From Naegleria gruberi (Eukaryota), in the NCBI GenBank assembly GCA_000004985.1, contig GG738943.1: a stretch of 40,920 nt of DNA; one strand, given 5' to 3'. Of this stretch, positions 9,526 through 21,000 are shown one piece after another. The notes beneath the pieces are model-generated. The model saw only the letters and a program-made list of their open reading frames with translations, made no database searches and had not been told where the DNA came from. The translations under genes and the position numbers were made by a program. Each line of letters opens with the position of its first letter. Position 1 is the stretch's first letter.

Positions 9526-12500
9526 NNNNNNNNNNNNNNNNNNNNNNNNNNNNNNNNNNNNNNNNNNNNNNNNNNNNNNNNNNNNNNNNNNNNNNNNNNN
9601 NNNNNNNNNNNNNNNNNNNNNNNNNNNNNNNNNNNNNNNNNNNNNNNNNNNNNNNNNNNNNNNNNNNNNNNNNNNNNNNNNNNNNNNNNNNNNNNNNNNN
9701 NNNNNNNNNNNNNNNNNNNNNNNNNNNNNNNNNNNNNNNNNNNNNNNNNNNNNNNNNNNNNNNNNNNNNNNNNNNNNNNNNNNNNNNNNNNNNNNNNNNN
9801 NNNNNNNNNNNNNNNNNNNNNNNNNNNNNNNNNNNNNNNNNNNNNNNNNNNNNNNNNNNNNNNNNNNNNNNNNNNNNNNNNNNNNNNNNNNNNNNNNNNN
9901 NNNNNNNNNNNNNNNNNNNNNNNNNNNNNNNNNNNNNNNNNNNNNNNNNNNNNNNNNNNNNNNNNNNNNNNNNNNNNNNNNNNNNNNNNNNNNNNNNNNN
10001 NNNNNNNNNNNNNNNNNNNNNNNNNNNNNNNNNNNNNNNNNNNNNNNNNNNNNNNNNNNNNNNNNNNNNNNNNNNNNNNNNNNNNNNNNNNNNNNNNNNN
10101 NNNNNNNNNNNNNNNNNNNNNNNNNNNNNNNNNNNNNNNNNNNNNNNNNNNNNNNNNNNNNNNNNNNNNNNNNNNNNNNNNNNNNNNNNNNNNNNNNNNN
10201 NNNNNNNNNNNNNNNNNNNNNNNNNNNNNNNNNNNNNNNNNNNNNNNNNNNNNNNNNNNNNNNNNNNNNNNNNNNNNNNNNNNNNNNNNNNNNNNNNNNN
10301 NNNNNNNNNNNNNNNNNNNNNNNNNNNNNNNNNNNNNNNNNNNNNNNNNNNNNNNNNNNNNNNNNNNNNNNNNNNNNNNNNNNNNNNNNNNNNNNNNNNN
10401 NNNNNNNNNNNNNNNNNNNNNNNNNNNNNNNNNNNNNNNNNNNNNNNNNNNNNNNNNNNNNNNNNNNNNNNNNNNNNNNNNNNNNNNNNNNNNNNNNNNN
10501 NNNNNNNNNNNNNNNNNNNNNNNNNNNNNNNNNNNNNNNNNNNNNNNNNNNNNNNNNNNNNNNNNNNNNNNNNNNNNNNNNNNNNNNNNNNNNNNNNNNN
10601 NNNNNNNNNNNNNNNNNNNNNNNNNNNNNNNNNNNNNNNNNNNNNNNNNNNNNNNNNNNNNNNNNNNNNNNNNNNNNNNNNNNNNNNNNNNNNNNNNNNN
10701 NNNNNNNNNNNNNNNNNNNNNNNNNNNNNNNNNNNNNNNNNNNNNNNNNNNNNNNNNNNNNNNNNNNNNNNNNNNNNNNNNNNNNNNNNNNNNNNNNNNN
10801 NNNNNNNNNNNNNNNNNNNNNNNNNNNNNNNNNNNNNNNNNNNNNNNNNNNNNNNNNNNNNNNNNNNNNNNNNNNNNNNNNNNNNNNNNNNNNNNNNNNN
10901 NNNNNNNNNNNNNNNNNNNNNNNNNNNNNNNNNNNNNNNNNNNNNNNNNNNNNNNNNNNNNNNNNNNNNNNNNNNNNNNNNNNNNNNNNNNNNNNNNNNN
11001 NNNNNNNNNNNNNNNNNNNNNNNNNNNNNNNNNNNNNNNNNNNNNNNNNNNNNNNNNNNNNNNNNNNNNNNNNNNNNNNNNNNNNNNNNNNNNNNNNNNN
11101 NNNNNNNNNNNNNNNNNNNNNNNNNNNNNNNNNNNNNNNNNNNNNNNNNNNNNNNNNNNNNNNNNNNNNNNNNNNNNNNNNNNNNNNNNNNNNNNNNNNN
11201 NNNNNNNNNNNNNNNNNNNNNNNNNNNNNNNNNNNNNNNNNNNNNNNNNNNNNNNNNNNNNNNNNNNNNNNNNNNNNNNNNNNNNNNNNNNNNNNNNNNN
11301 NNNNNNNNNNNNNNNNNNNNNNNNNNNNNNNNNNNNNNNNNNNNNNNNNNNNNNNNNNNNNNNNNNNNNNNNNNNNNNNNNNNNNNNNNNNNNNNNNNNN
11401 NNNNNNNNNNNNNNNNNNNNNNNNNNNNNNNNNNNNNNNNNNNNNNNNNNNNNNNNNNNNNNNNNNNNNNNNNNNNNNNNNNNNNNNNNNNNNNNNNNNN
11501 NNNNNNNNNNNNNNNNNNNNNNNNNNNNNNNNNNNNNNNNNNNNNNNNNNNNNNNNNNNNNNNNNNNNNNNNNNNNNNNNNNNNNNNNNNNNNNNNNNNN
11601 NNNNNNNNNNNNNNNNNNNNNNNNNNNNNNNNNNNNNNNNNNNNNNNNNNNNNNNNNNNNNNNNNNNNNNNNNNNNNNNNNNNNNNNNNNNNNNNNNNNN
11701 NNNNNNNNNNNNNNNNNNNNNNNNNNNNNNNNNNNNNNNNNNNNNNNNNNNNNNNNNNNNNNNNNNNNNNNNNNNNNNNNNNNNNNNNNNNNNNNNNNNN
11801 NNNNNNNNNNNNNNNNNNNNNNNNNNNNNNNNNNNNNNNNNNNNNNNNNNNNNNNNNNNNNNNNNNNNNNNNNNNNNNNNNNNNNNNNNNNNNNNNNNNN
11901 NNNNNNNNNNNNNNNNNNNNNNNNNNNNNNNNNNNNNNNNNNNNNNNNNNNNNNNNNNNNNNNNNNNNNNNNNNNNNNNNNNNNNNNNNNNNNNNNNNNN
12001 NNNNNNNNNNNNNNNNNNNNNNNNNNNNNNNNNNNNNNNNNNNNNNNNNNNNNNNNNNNNNNNNNNNNNNNNNNNNNNNNNNNNNNNNNNNNNNNNNNNN
12101 NNNNNNNNNNNNNNNNNNNNNNNNNNNNNNNNNNNNNNNNNNNNNNNNNNNNNNNNNNNNNNNNNNNNNNNNNNNNNNNNNNNNNNNNNNNNNNNNNNNN
12201 NNNNNNNNNNNNNNNNNNNNNNNNNNNNNNNNNNNNNNNNNNNNNNNNNNNNNNNNNNNNNNNNNNNNNNNNNNNNNNNNNNNNNNNNNNNNNNNNNNNN
12301 NNNNNNNNNNNNNNNNNNNNNNNNNNNNNNNNNNNNNNNNNNNNNNNNNNNNNNNNNNNNNNNNNNNNNNNNNNNNNNNNNNNNNNNNNNNNNNNNNNNN
12401 NNNNNNNNNNNNNNNNNNNNNNNNNNNNNNNNNNNNNNNNNNNNNNNNNNNNNNNNNNNNNNNNNNNNNNNNNNNNNNNNNNNNNNNNNNNNNNNNNNNN

Positions 12501-13552
12501 NNNNNNNNNNNNNNNNNNNNNNNNNNNNNNNNNNNNNNNNNNNNNNNNNNNNNNNNNNNNNNNNNNNNNNNNNNNNNNNNNNNNNNNNNNNNNNNNNNNN
12601 NNNNNNNNNNNNNNNNNNNNNNNNNNNNNNNNNNNNNNNNNNNNNNNNNNNNNNNNNNNNNNNNNNNNNNNNNNNNNNNNNNNNNNNNNNNNNNNNNNNN
12701 NNNNNNNNNNNNNNNNNNNNNNNNNNNNNNNNNNNNNNNNNNNNNNNNNNNNNNNNNNNNNNNNNNNNNNNNNNNNNNNNNNNNNNNNNNNNNNNNNNNN
12801 NNNNNNNNNNNNNNNNNNNNNNNNNNNNNNNNNNNNNNNNNNNNNNNNNNNNNNNNNNNNNNNNNNNNNNNNNNNNNNNNNNNNNNNNNNNNNNNNNNNN
12901 NNNNNNNNNNNNNNNNNNNNNNNNNNNNNNNNNNNNNNNNNNNNNNNNNNNNNNNNNNNNNNNNNNNNNNNNNNNNNNNNNNNNNNNNNNNNNNNNNNNN
13001 NNNNNNNNNNNNNNNNNNNNNNNNNNNNNNNNNNNNNNNNNNNNNNNNNNNNNNNNNNNNNNNNNNNNNNNNNNNNNNNNNNNNNNNNNNNNNNNNNNNN
13101 NNNNNNNNNNNNNNNNNNNNNNNNNNNNNNNNNNNNNNNNNNNNNNNNNNNNNNNNNNNNNNNNNNNNNNNNNNNNNNNNNNNNNNNNNNNNNNNNNNNN
13201 NNNNNNNNNNNNNNNNNNNNNNNNNNNNNNNNNNNNNNNNNNNNNNNNNNNNNNNNNNNNNNNNNNNNNNNNNNNNNNNNNNNNNNNNNNNNNNNNNNNN
13301 NNNNNNNNNNNNNNNNNNNNNNNNNNNNNNNNNNNNNNNNNNNNNNNNNNNNNNNNNNNNNNNNNNNNNNNNNNNNNNNNNNNNNNNNNNNNNNNNNNNN
13401 NNNNNNNNNNNNNNNNNNNNNNNNNNNNNNNNNNNNNNNNNNNNNNNNNNNNNNNNNNNNNNNNNNNNNNNNNNNNNNNNNNNNNNNNNNNNNNNNNNNN
13501 NNNNNNNNNNNNNNNNNNNNNNNNNNNNNNNNNNNNNNNNNNNNNNNNNNNN

Positions 13553-15011
13553 CTCCCACCACTTGACTCATCCATTCCTTTCTGAGCTTTCCAACTCCGT
13601 GATGATGAGATAAACTTCCACCTTGAAGTAAGATTTCATCTCTTGCTTCAGCTTCAATCTCTGAGAATGCCTTAATTGGATCTTGTAATCCTCTAAAGAT
13701 GAATCCATAATAGAAATAGATACAGGCACCAGTTTCGTATACTTGAGTGACACGAGCCGAAACCCATGGTGTTGGAACATTTCGTTGCTTGGCACTTTCT
13801 TTGACTCTTTCTTCTACTTTCTTGATCATTGGAACGACTCTTGACCAAGGAGCTGAAGTTTCAAAACTTTCTGACATGAAATAATAATTGAAACCATAAT
13901 CTCTCAAATACGCAATGACATAGGTCAGTAAATAACCTCGATAACCAGCTTCAGCACCTGCCACAAGTCCTCCATATTTAGCAGTTATGTCATAAATAAT
14001 TTTCTGTTGCCTGTCAATGTCAGATTGACTTCCTTCGAATAATAAAGTAATGACACACATCTTTTCCTTATCAAATCCACAACCCTTAGTAACGTACAAT
14101 CCCTTAAACCAATCACTAAGGCCTTCAAGCTTACTTTCTTGTTTAGGTTTTAGTGATTGACCAAACTGAAATTGAGAATTGTCAATTAGACGAATCGAAG
14201 CAGGAGCAACTCTTCTATTCGAAACTTCATGAAGACAAGCAACTCCTGCCTCAAAATCAGGAACCAACACAGAGCCATAAACTTGACATTCAGGACATTT
14301 CCTTACTCTTAATGTCACTTCTGTCACAATTCCCAAAATTCCTTCAGATCCCATAAATAGCTGCATCAAATCTGGTCCAGTTGACTTTCGTGGAACATTA
14401 CATGGAAGAAACCAAGTTCCCTTTGGAGTGACAATCTTGACATTTACCAACATATCTTCGATATTTCCATATTCATTCTTTTTCATTCCTGATGCACGAG
14501 TTGCAATCCAACCGCCAAGAGAACTGAATTCAATGCTGTCTGGTTCGTGACCTAGTGTCAGATTGTATTTTTGTTTGAGTTCTTGTTGGAGATCAATACC
14601 AATGGCACCTGATTGGATGGTGGCAGTGTGACAGGTCATGTCAACATTTAAAATTTTGTTCATTTCTTGAAGGTCAACTGAGACAATCATTCTTGTTTCA
14701 TTTTCTGGACAGAGTAAAGCTTGTGTAACGTTCGTTCCTCCTCCATATGGAATTAATGTCAATTCATTGGAATATTTAGTGGCAAGTGACACAATCTTCT
14801 CGACATGTTCATGAGAATTTGGATAGATTACAACATCGACCAATCTCTTGAACTTTCCAAATCTTAATTGATAAATCTCTTGACAACAATGTCCATGAGA
14901 ATGCATCAAACGAACCTCATCATCAAATGTCAAATATTTGTAACATTTGACTTGCCTTAATTCCTCAATAAATTTTTCACAAATATTTGGCTTGTGAATT
15001 TTTTGTTTCAT
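13553..15011 (-). CDS. AGPS: Alkyldihydroxyacetone-phosphate synthase (alkylglycerone-phosphate synthase, FAD-linked oxidase family; peroxisomal ether-lipid biosynthesis). The N-terminal 486 codons are visible and intronless. The 3' end (about 30-40 codons) is hidden in the N-run.
   Basis: ATG is at 15009-15011 (minus strand), with an in-frame stop 9 codons upstream. The FAD-binding PCMH region reads LVDVVIYPNSHEHVEKIVSLATKYSNELTLIPYGGGTNV. The motifs HSHGH and HHHGVGKLRKEWM match the catalytic His-His-His loop characteristic of AGPS. Confidence 0.85.
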
Positions 15012-18000
15012 TTCTGACCATGATTGACTTGAAGATTCGAATTTTTATTCAAACCTGTGAAATTCTCAAANNNNNNNNNNNNNNNNNNNNNNNNNNNNNN
15101 NNNNNNNNNNNNNNNNNNNNNNNNNNNNNNNNNNNNNNNNNNNNNNNNNNNNNNNNNNNNNNNNNNNNNNNNNNNNNNNNNNNNNNNNNNNNNNNNNNNN
15201 NNNNNNNNNNNNNNNNNNNNNNNNNNNNNNNNNNNNNNNNNNNNNNNNNNNNNNNNNNNNNNNNNNNNNNNNNNNNNNNNNNNNNNNNNNNNNNNNNNNN
15301 NNNNNNNNNNNNNNNNNNNNNNNNNNNNNNNNNNNNNNNNNNNNNNNNNNNNNNNNNNNNNNNNNNNNNNNNNNNNNNNNNNNNNNNNNNNNNNNNNNNN
15401 NNNNNNNNNNNNNNNNNNNNNNNNNNNNNNNNNNNNNNNNNNNNNNNNNNNNNNNNNNNNNNNNNNNNNNNNNNNNNNNNNNNNNNNNNNNNNNNNNNNN
15501 NNNNNNNNNNNNNNNNNNNNNNNNNNNNNNNNNNNNNNNNNNNNNNNNNNNNNNNNNNNNNNNNNNNNNNNNNNNNNNNNNNNNNNNNNNNNNNNNNNNN
15601 NNNNNNNNNNNNNNNNNNNNNNNNNNNNNNNNNNNNNNNNNNNNNNNNNNNNNNNNNNNNNNNNNNNNNNNNNNNNNNNNNNNNNNNNNNNNNNNNNNNN
15701 NNNNNNNNNNNNNNNNNNNNNNNNNNNNNNNNNNNNNNNNNNNNNNNNNNNNNNNNNNNNNNNNNNNNNNNNNNNNNNNNNNNNNNNNNNNNNNNNNNNN
15801 NNNNNNNNNNNNNNNNNNNNNNNNNNNNNNNNNNNNNNNNNNNNNNNNNNNNNNNNNNNNNNNNNNNNNNNNNNNNNNNNNNNNNNNNNNNNNNNNNNNN
15901 NNNNNNNNNNNNNNNNNNNNNNNNNNNNNNNNNNNNNNNNNNNNNNNNNNNNNNNNNNNNNNNNNNNNNNNNNNNNNNNNNNNNNNNNNNNNNNNNNNNN
16001 NNNNNNNNNNNNNNNNNNNNNNNNNNNNNNNNNNNNNNNNNNNNNNNNNNNNNNNNNNNNNNNNNNNNNNNNNNNNNNNNNNNNNNNNNNNNNNNNNNNN
16101 NNNNNNNNNNNNNNNNNNNNNNNNNNNNNNNNNNNNNNNNNNNNNNNNNNNNNNNNNNNNNNNNNNNNNNNNNNNNNNNNNNNNNNNNNNNNNNNNNNNN
16201 NNNNNNNNNNNNNNNNNNNNNNNNNNNNNNNNNNNNNNNNNNNNNNNNNNNNNNNNNNNNNNNNNNNNNNNNNNNNNNNNNNNNNNNNNNNNNNNNNNNN
16301 NNNNNNNNNNNNNNNNNNNNNNNNNNNNNNNNNNNNNNNNNNNNNNNNNNNNNNNNNNNNNNNNNNNNNNNNNNNNNNNNNNNNNNNNNNNNNNNNNNNN
16401 NNNNNNNNNNNNNNNNNNNNNNNNNNNNNNNNNNNNNNNNNNNNNNNNNNNNNNNNNNNNNNNNNNNNNNNNNNNNNNNNNNNNNNNNNNNNNNNNNNNN
16501 NNNNNNNNNNNNNNNNNNNNNNNNNNNNNNNNNNNNNNNNNNNNNNNNNNNNNNNNNNNNNNNNNNNNNNNNNNNNNNNNNNNNNNNNNNNNNNNNNNNN
16601 NNNNNNNNNNNNNNNNNNNNNNNNNNNNNNNNNNNNNNNNNNNNNNNNNNNNNNNNNNNNNNNNNNNNNNNNNNNNNNNNNNNNNNNNNNNNNNNNNNNN
16701 NNNNNNNNNNNNNNNNNNNNNNNNNNNNNNNNNNNNNNNNNNNNNNNNNNNNNNNNNNNNNNNNNNNNNNNNNNNNNNNNNNNNNNNNNNNNNNNNNNNN
16801 NNNNNNNNNNNNNNNNNNNNNNNNNNNNNNNNNNNNNNNNNNNNNNNNNNNNNNNNNNNNNNNNNNNNNNNNNNNNNNNNNNNNNNNNNNNNNNNNNNNN
16901 NNNNNNNNNNNNNNNNNNNNNNNNNNNNNNNNNNNNNNNNNNNNNNNNNNNNNNNNNNNNNNNNNNNNNNNNNNNNNNNNNNNNNNNNNNNNNNNNNNNN
17001 NNNNNNNNNNNNNNNNNNNNNNNNNNNNNNNNNNNNNNNNNNNNNNNNNNNNNNNNNNNNNNNNNNNNNNNNNNNNNNNNNNNNNNNNNNNNNNNNNNNN
17101 NNNNNNNNNNNNNNNNNNNNNNNNNNNNNNNNNNNNNNNNNNNNNNNNNNNNNNNNNNNNNNNNNNNNNNNNNNNNNNNNNNNNNNNNNNNNNNNNNNNN
17201 NNNNNNNNNNNNNNNNNNNNNNNNNNNNNNNNNNNNNNNNNNNNNNNNNNNNNNNNNNNNNNNNNNNNNNNNNNNNNNNNNNNNNNNNNNNNNNNNNNNN
17301 NNNNNNNNNNNNNNNNNNNNNNNNNNNNNNNNNNNNNNNNNNNNNNNNNNNNNNNNNNNNNNNNNNNNNNNNNNNNNNNNNNNNNNNNNNNNNNNNNNNN
17401 NNNNNNNNNNNNNNNNNNNNNNNNNNNNNNNNNNNNNNNNNNNNNNNNNNNNNNNNNNNNNNNNNNNNNNNNNNNNNNNNNNNNNNNNNNNNNNNNNNNN
17501 NNNNNNNNNNNNNNNNNNNNNNNNNNNNNNNNNNNNNNNNNNNNNNNNNNNNNNNNNNNNNNNNNNNNNNNNNNNNNNNNNNNNNNNNNNNNNNNNNNNN
17601 NNNNNNNNNNNNNNNNNNNNNNNNNNNNNNNNNNNNNNNNNNNNNNNNNNNNNNNNNNNNNNNNNNNNNNNNNNNNNNNNNNNNNNNNNNNNNNNNNNNN
17701 NNNNNNNNNNNNNNNNNNNNNNNNNNNNNNNNNNNNNNNNNNNNNNNNNNNNNNNNNNNNNNNNNNNNNNNNNNNNNNNNNNNNNNNNNNNNNNNNNNNN
17801 NNNNNNNNNNNNNNNNNNNNNNNNNNNNNNNNNNNNNNNNNNNNNNNNNNNNNNNNNNNNNNNNNNNNNNNNNNNNNNNNNNNNNNNNNNNNNNNNNNNN
17901 NNNNNNNNNNNNNNNNNNNNNNNNNNNNNNNNNNNNNNNNNNNNNNNNNNNNNNNNNNNNNNNNNNNNNNNNNNNNNNNNNNNNNNNNNNNNNNNNNNNN

Positions 18001-21000
18001 NNNNNNNNNNNNNNNNNNNNNNNNNNNNNNNNNNNNNNNNNNNNNNNNNNNNNNNNNNNNNNNNNNNNNNNNNNNNNNNNNNNNNNNNNNNNNNNNNNNN
18101 NNNNNNNNNNNNNNNNNNNNNNNNNNNNNNNNNNNNNNNNNNNNNNNNNNNNNNNNNNNNNNNNNNNNNNNNNNNNNNNNNNNNNNNNNNNNNNNNNNNN
18201 NNNNNNNNNNNNNNNNNNNNNNNNNNNNNNNNNNNNNNNNNNNNNNNNNNNNNNNNNNNNNNNNNNNNNNNNNNNNNNNNNNNNNNNNNNNNNNNNNNNN
18301 NNNNNNNNNNNNNNNNNNNNNNNNNNNNNNNNNNNNNNNNNNNNNNNNNNNNNNNNNNNNNNNNNNNNNNNNNNNNNNNNNNNNNNNNNNNNNNNNNNNN
18401 NNNNNNNNNNNNNNNNNNNNNNNNNNNNNNNNNNNNNNNNNNNNNNNNNNNNNNNNNNNNNNNNNNNNNNNNNNNNNNNNNNNNNNNNNNNNNNNNNNNN
18501 NNNNNNNNNNNNNNNNNNNNNNNNNNNNNNNNNNNNNNNNNNNNNNNNNNNNNNNNNNNNNNNNNNNNNNNNNNNNNNNNNNNNNNNNNNNNNNNNNNNN
18601 NNNNNNNNNNNNNNNNNNNNNNNNNNNNNNNNNNNNNNNNNNNNNNNNNNNNNNNNNNNNNNNNNNNNNNNNNNNNNNNNNNNNNNNNNNNNNNNNNNNN
18701 NNNNNNNNNNNNNNNNNNNNNNNNNNNNNNNNNNNNNNNNNNNNNNNNNNNNNNNNNNNNNNNNNNNNNNNNNNNNNNNNNNNNNNNNNNNNNNNNNNNN
18801 NNNNNNNNNNNNNNNNNNNNNNNNNNNNNNNNNNNNNNNNNNNNNNNNNNNNNNNNNNNNNNNNNNNNNNNNNNNNNNNNNNNNNNNNNNNNNNNNNNNN
18901 NNNNNNNNNNNNNNNNNNNNNNNNNNNNNNNNNNNNNNNNNNNNNNNNNNNNNNNNNNNNNNNNNNNNNNNNNNNNNNNNNNNNNNNNNNNNNNNNNNNN
19001 NNNNNNNNNNNNNNNNNNNNNNNNNNNNNNNNNNNNNNNNNNNNNNNNNNNNNNNNNNNNNNNNNNNNNNNNNNNNNNNNNNNNNNNNNNNNNNNNNNNN
19101 NNNNNNNNNNNNNNNNNNNNNNNNNNNNNNNNNNNNNNNNNNNNNNNNNNNNNNNNNNNNNNNNNNNNNNNNNNNNNNNNNNNNNNNNNNNNNNNNNNNN
19201 NNNNNNNNNNNNNNNNNNNNNNNNNNNNNNNNNNNNNNNNNNNNNNNNNNNNNNNNNNNNNNNNNNNNNNNNNNNNNNNNNNNNNNNNNNNNNNNNNNNN
19301 NNNNNNNNNNNNNNNNNNNNNNNNNNNNNNNNNNNNNNNNNNNNNNNNNNNNNNNNNNNNNNNNNNNNNNNNNNNNNNNNNNNNNNNNNNNNNNNNNNNN
19401 NNNNNNNNNNNNNNNNNNNNNNNNNNNNNNNNNNNNNNNNNNNNNNNNNNNNNNNNNNNNNNNNNNNNNNNNNNNNNNNNNNNNNNNNNNNNNNNNNNNN
19501 NNNNNNNNNNNNNNNNNNNNNNNNNNNNNNNNNNNNNNNNNNNNNNNNNNNNNNNNNNNNNNNNNNNNNNNNNNNNNNNNNNNNNNNNNNNNNNNNNNNN
19601 NNNNNNNNNNNNNNNNNNNNNNNNNNNNNNNNNNNNNNNNNNNNNNNNNNNNNNNNNNNNNNNNNNNNNNNNNNNNNNNNNNNNNNNNNNNNNNNNNNNN
19701 NNNNNNNNNNNNNNNNNNNNNNNNNNNNNNNNNNNNNNNNNNNNNNNNNNNNNNNNNNNNNNNNNNNNNNNNNNNNNNNNNNNNNNNNNNNNNNNNNNNN
19801 NNNNNNNNNNNNNNNNNNNNNNNNNNNNNNNNNNNNNNNNNNNNNNNNNNNNNNNNNNNNNNNNNNNNNNNNNNNNNNNNNNNNNNNNNNNNNNNNNNNN
19901 NNNNNNNNNNNNNNNNNNNNNNNNNNNNNNNNNNNNNNNNNNNNNNNNNNNNNNNNNNNNNNNNNNNNNNNNNNNNNNNNNNNNNNNNNNNNNNNNNNNN
20001 NNNNNNNNNNNNNNNNNNNNNNNNNNNNNNNNNNNNNNNNNNNNNNNNNNNNNNNNNNNNNNNNNNNNNNNNNNNNNNNNNNNNNNNNNNNNNNNNNNNN
20101 NNNNNNNNNNNNNNNNNNNNNNNNNNNNNNNNNNNNNNNNNNNNNNNNNNNNNNNNNNNNNNNNNNNNNNNNNNNNNNNNNNNNNNNNNNNNNNNNNNNN
20201 NNNNNNNNNNNNNNNNNNNNNNNNNNNNNNNNNNNNNNNNNNNNNNNNNNNNNNNNNNNNNNNNNNNNNNNNNNNNNNNNNNNNNNNNNNNNNNNNNNNN
20301 NNNNNNNNNNNNNNNNNNNNNNNNNNNNNNNNNNNNNNNNNNNNNNNNNNNNNNNNNNNNNNNNNNNNNNNNNNNNNNNNNNNNNNNNNNNNNNNNNNNN
20401 NNNNNNNNNNNNNNNNNNNNNNNNNNNNNNNNNNNNNNNNNNNNNNNNNNNNNNNNNNNNNNNNNNNNNNNNNNNNNNNNNNNNNNNNNNNNNNNNNNNN
20501 NNNNNNNNNNNNNNNNNNNNNNNNNNNNNNNNNNNNNNNNNNNNNNNNNNNNNNNNNNNNNNNNNNNNNNNNNNNNNNNNNNNNNNNNNNNNNNNNNNNN
20601 NNNNNNNNNNNNNNNNNNNNNNNNNNNNNNNNNNNNNNNNNNNNNNNNNNNNNNNNNNNNNNNNNNNNNNNNNNNNNNNNNNNNNNNNNNNNNNNNNNNN
20701 NNNNNNNNNNNNNNNNNNNNNNNNNNNNNNNNNNNNNNNNNNNNNNNNNNNNNNNNNNNNNNNNNNNNNNNNNNNNNNNNNNNNNNNNNNNNNNNNNNNN
20801 NNNNNNNNNNNNNNNNNNNNNNNNNNNNNNNNNNNNNNNNNNNNNNNNNNNNNNNNNNNNNNNNNNNNNNNNNNNNNNNNNNNNNNNNNNNNNNNNNNNN
20901 NNNNNNNNNNNNNNNNNNNNNNNNNNNNNNNNNNNNNNNNNNNNNNNNNNNNNNNNNNNNNNNNNNNNNNNNNNNNNNNNNNNNNNNNNNNNNNNNNNNN

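Noticed and set aside
13568-14356. ORFs 13568-13795 (-) and 14153-14356 (+) overlapping AGPS.
   Set aside because: Wrong-frame or antisense overlaps of a well-supported long CDS.
15036-15050. GATTCGAAT-type motifs (also at ~40868) checked as possible tRNA T-loops.
   Set aside because: There are no flanking acceptor or D-arm complementarities. No tRNA cloverleaf could be built, and no tRNA or rRNA gene was found in the visible sequence.
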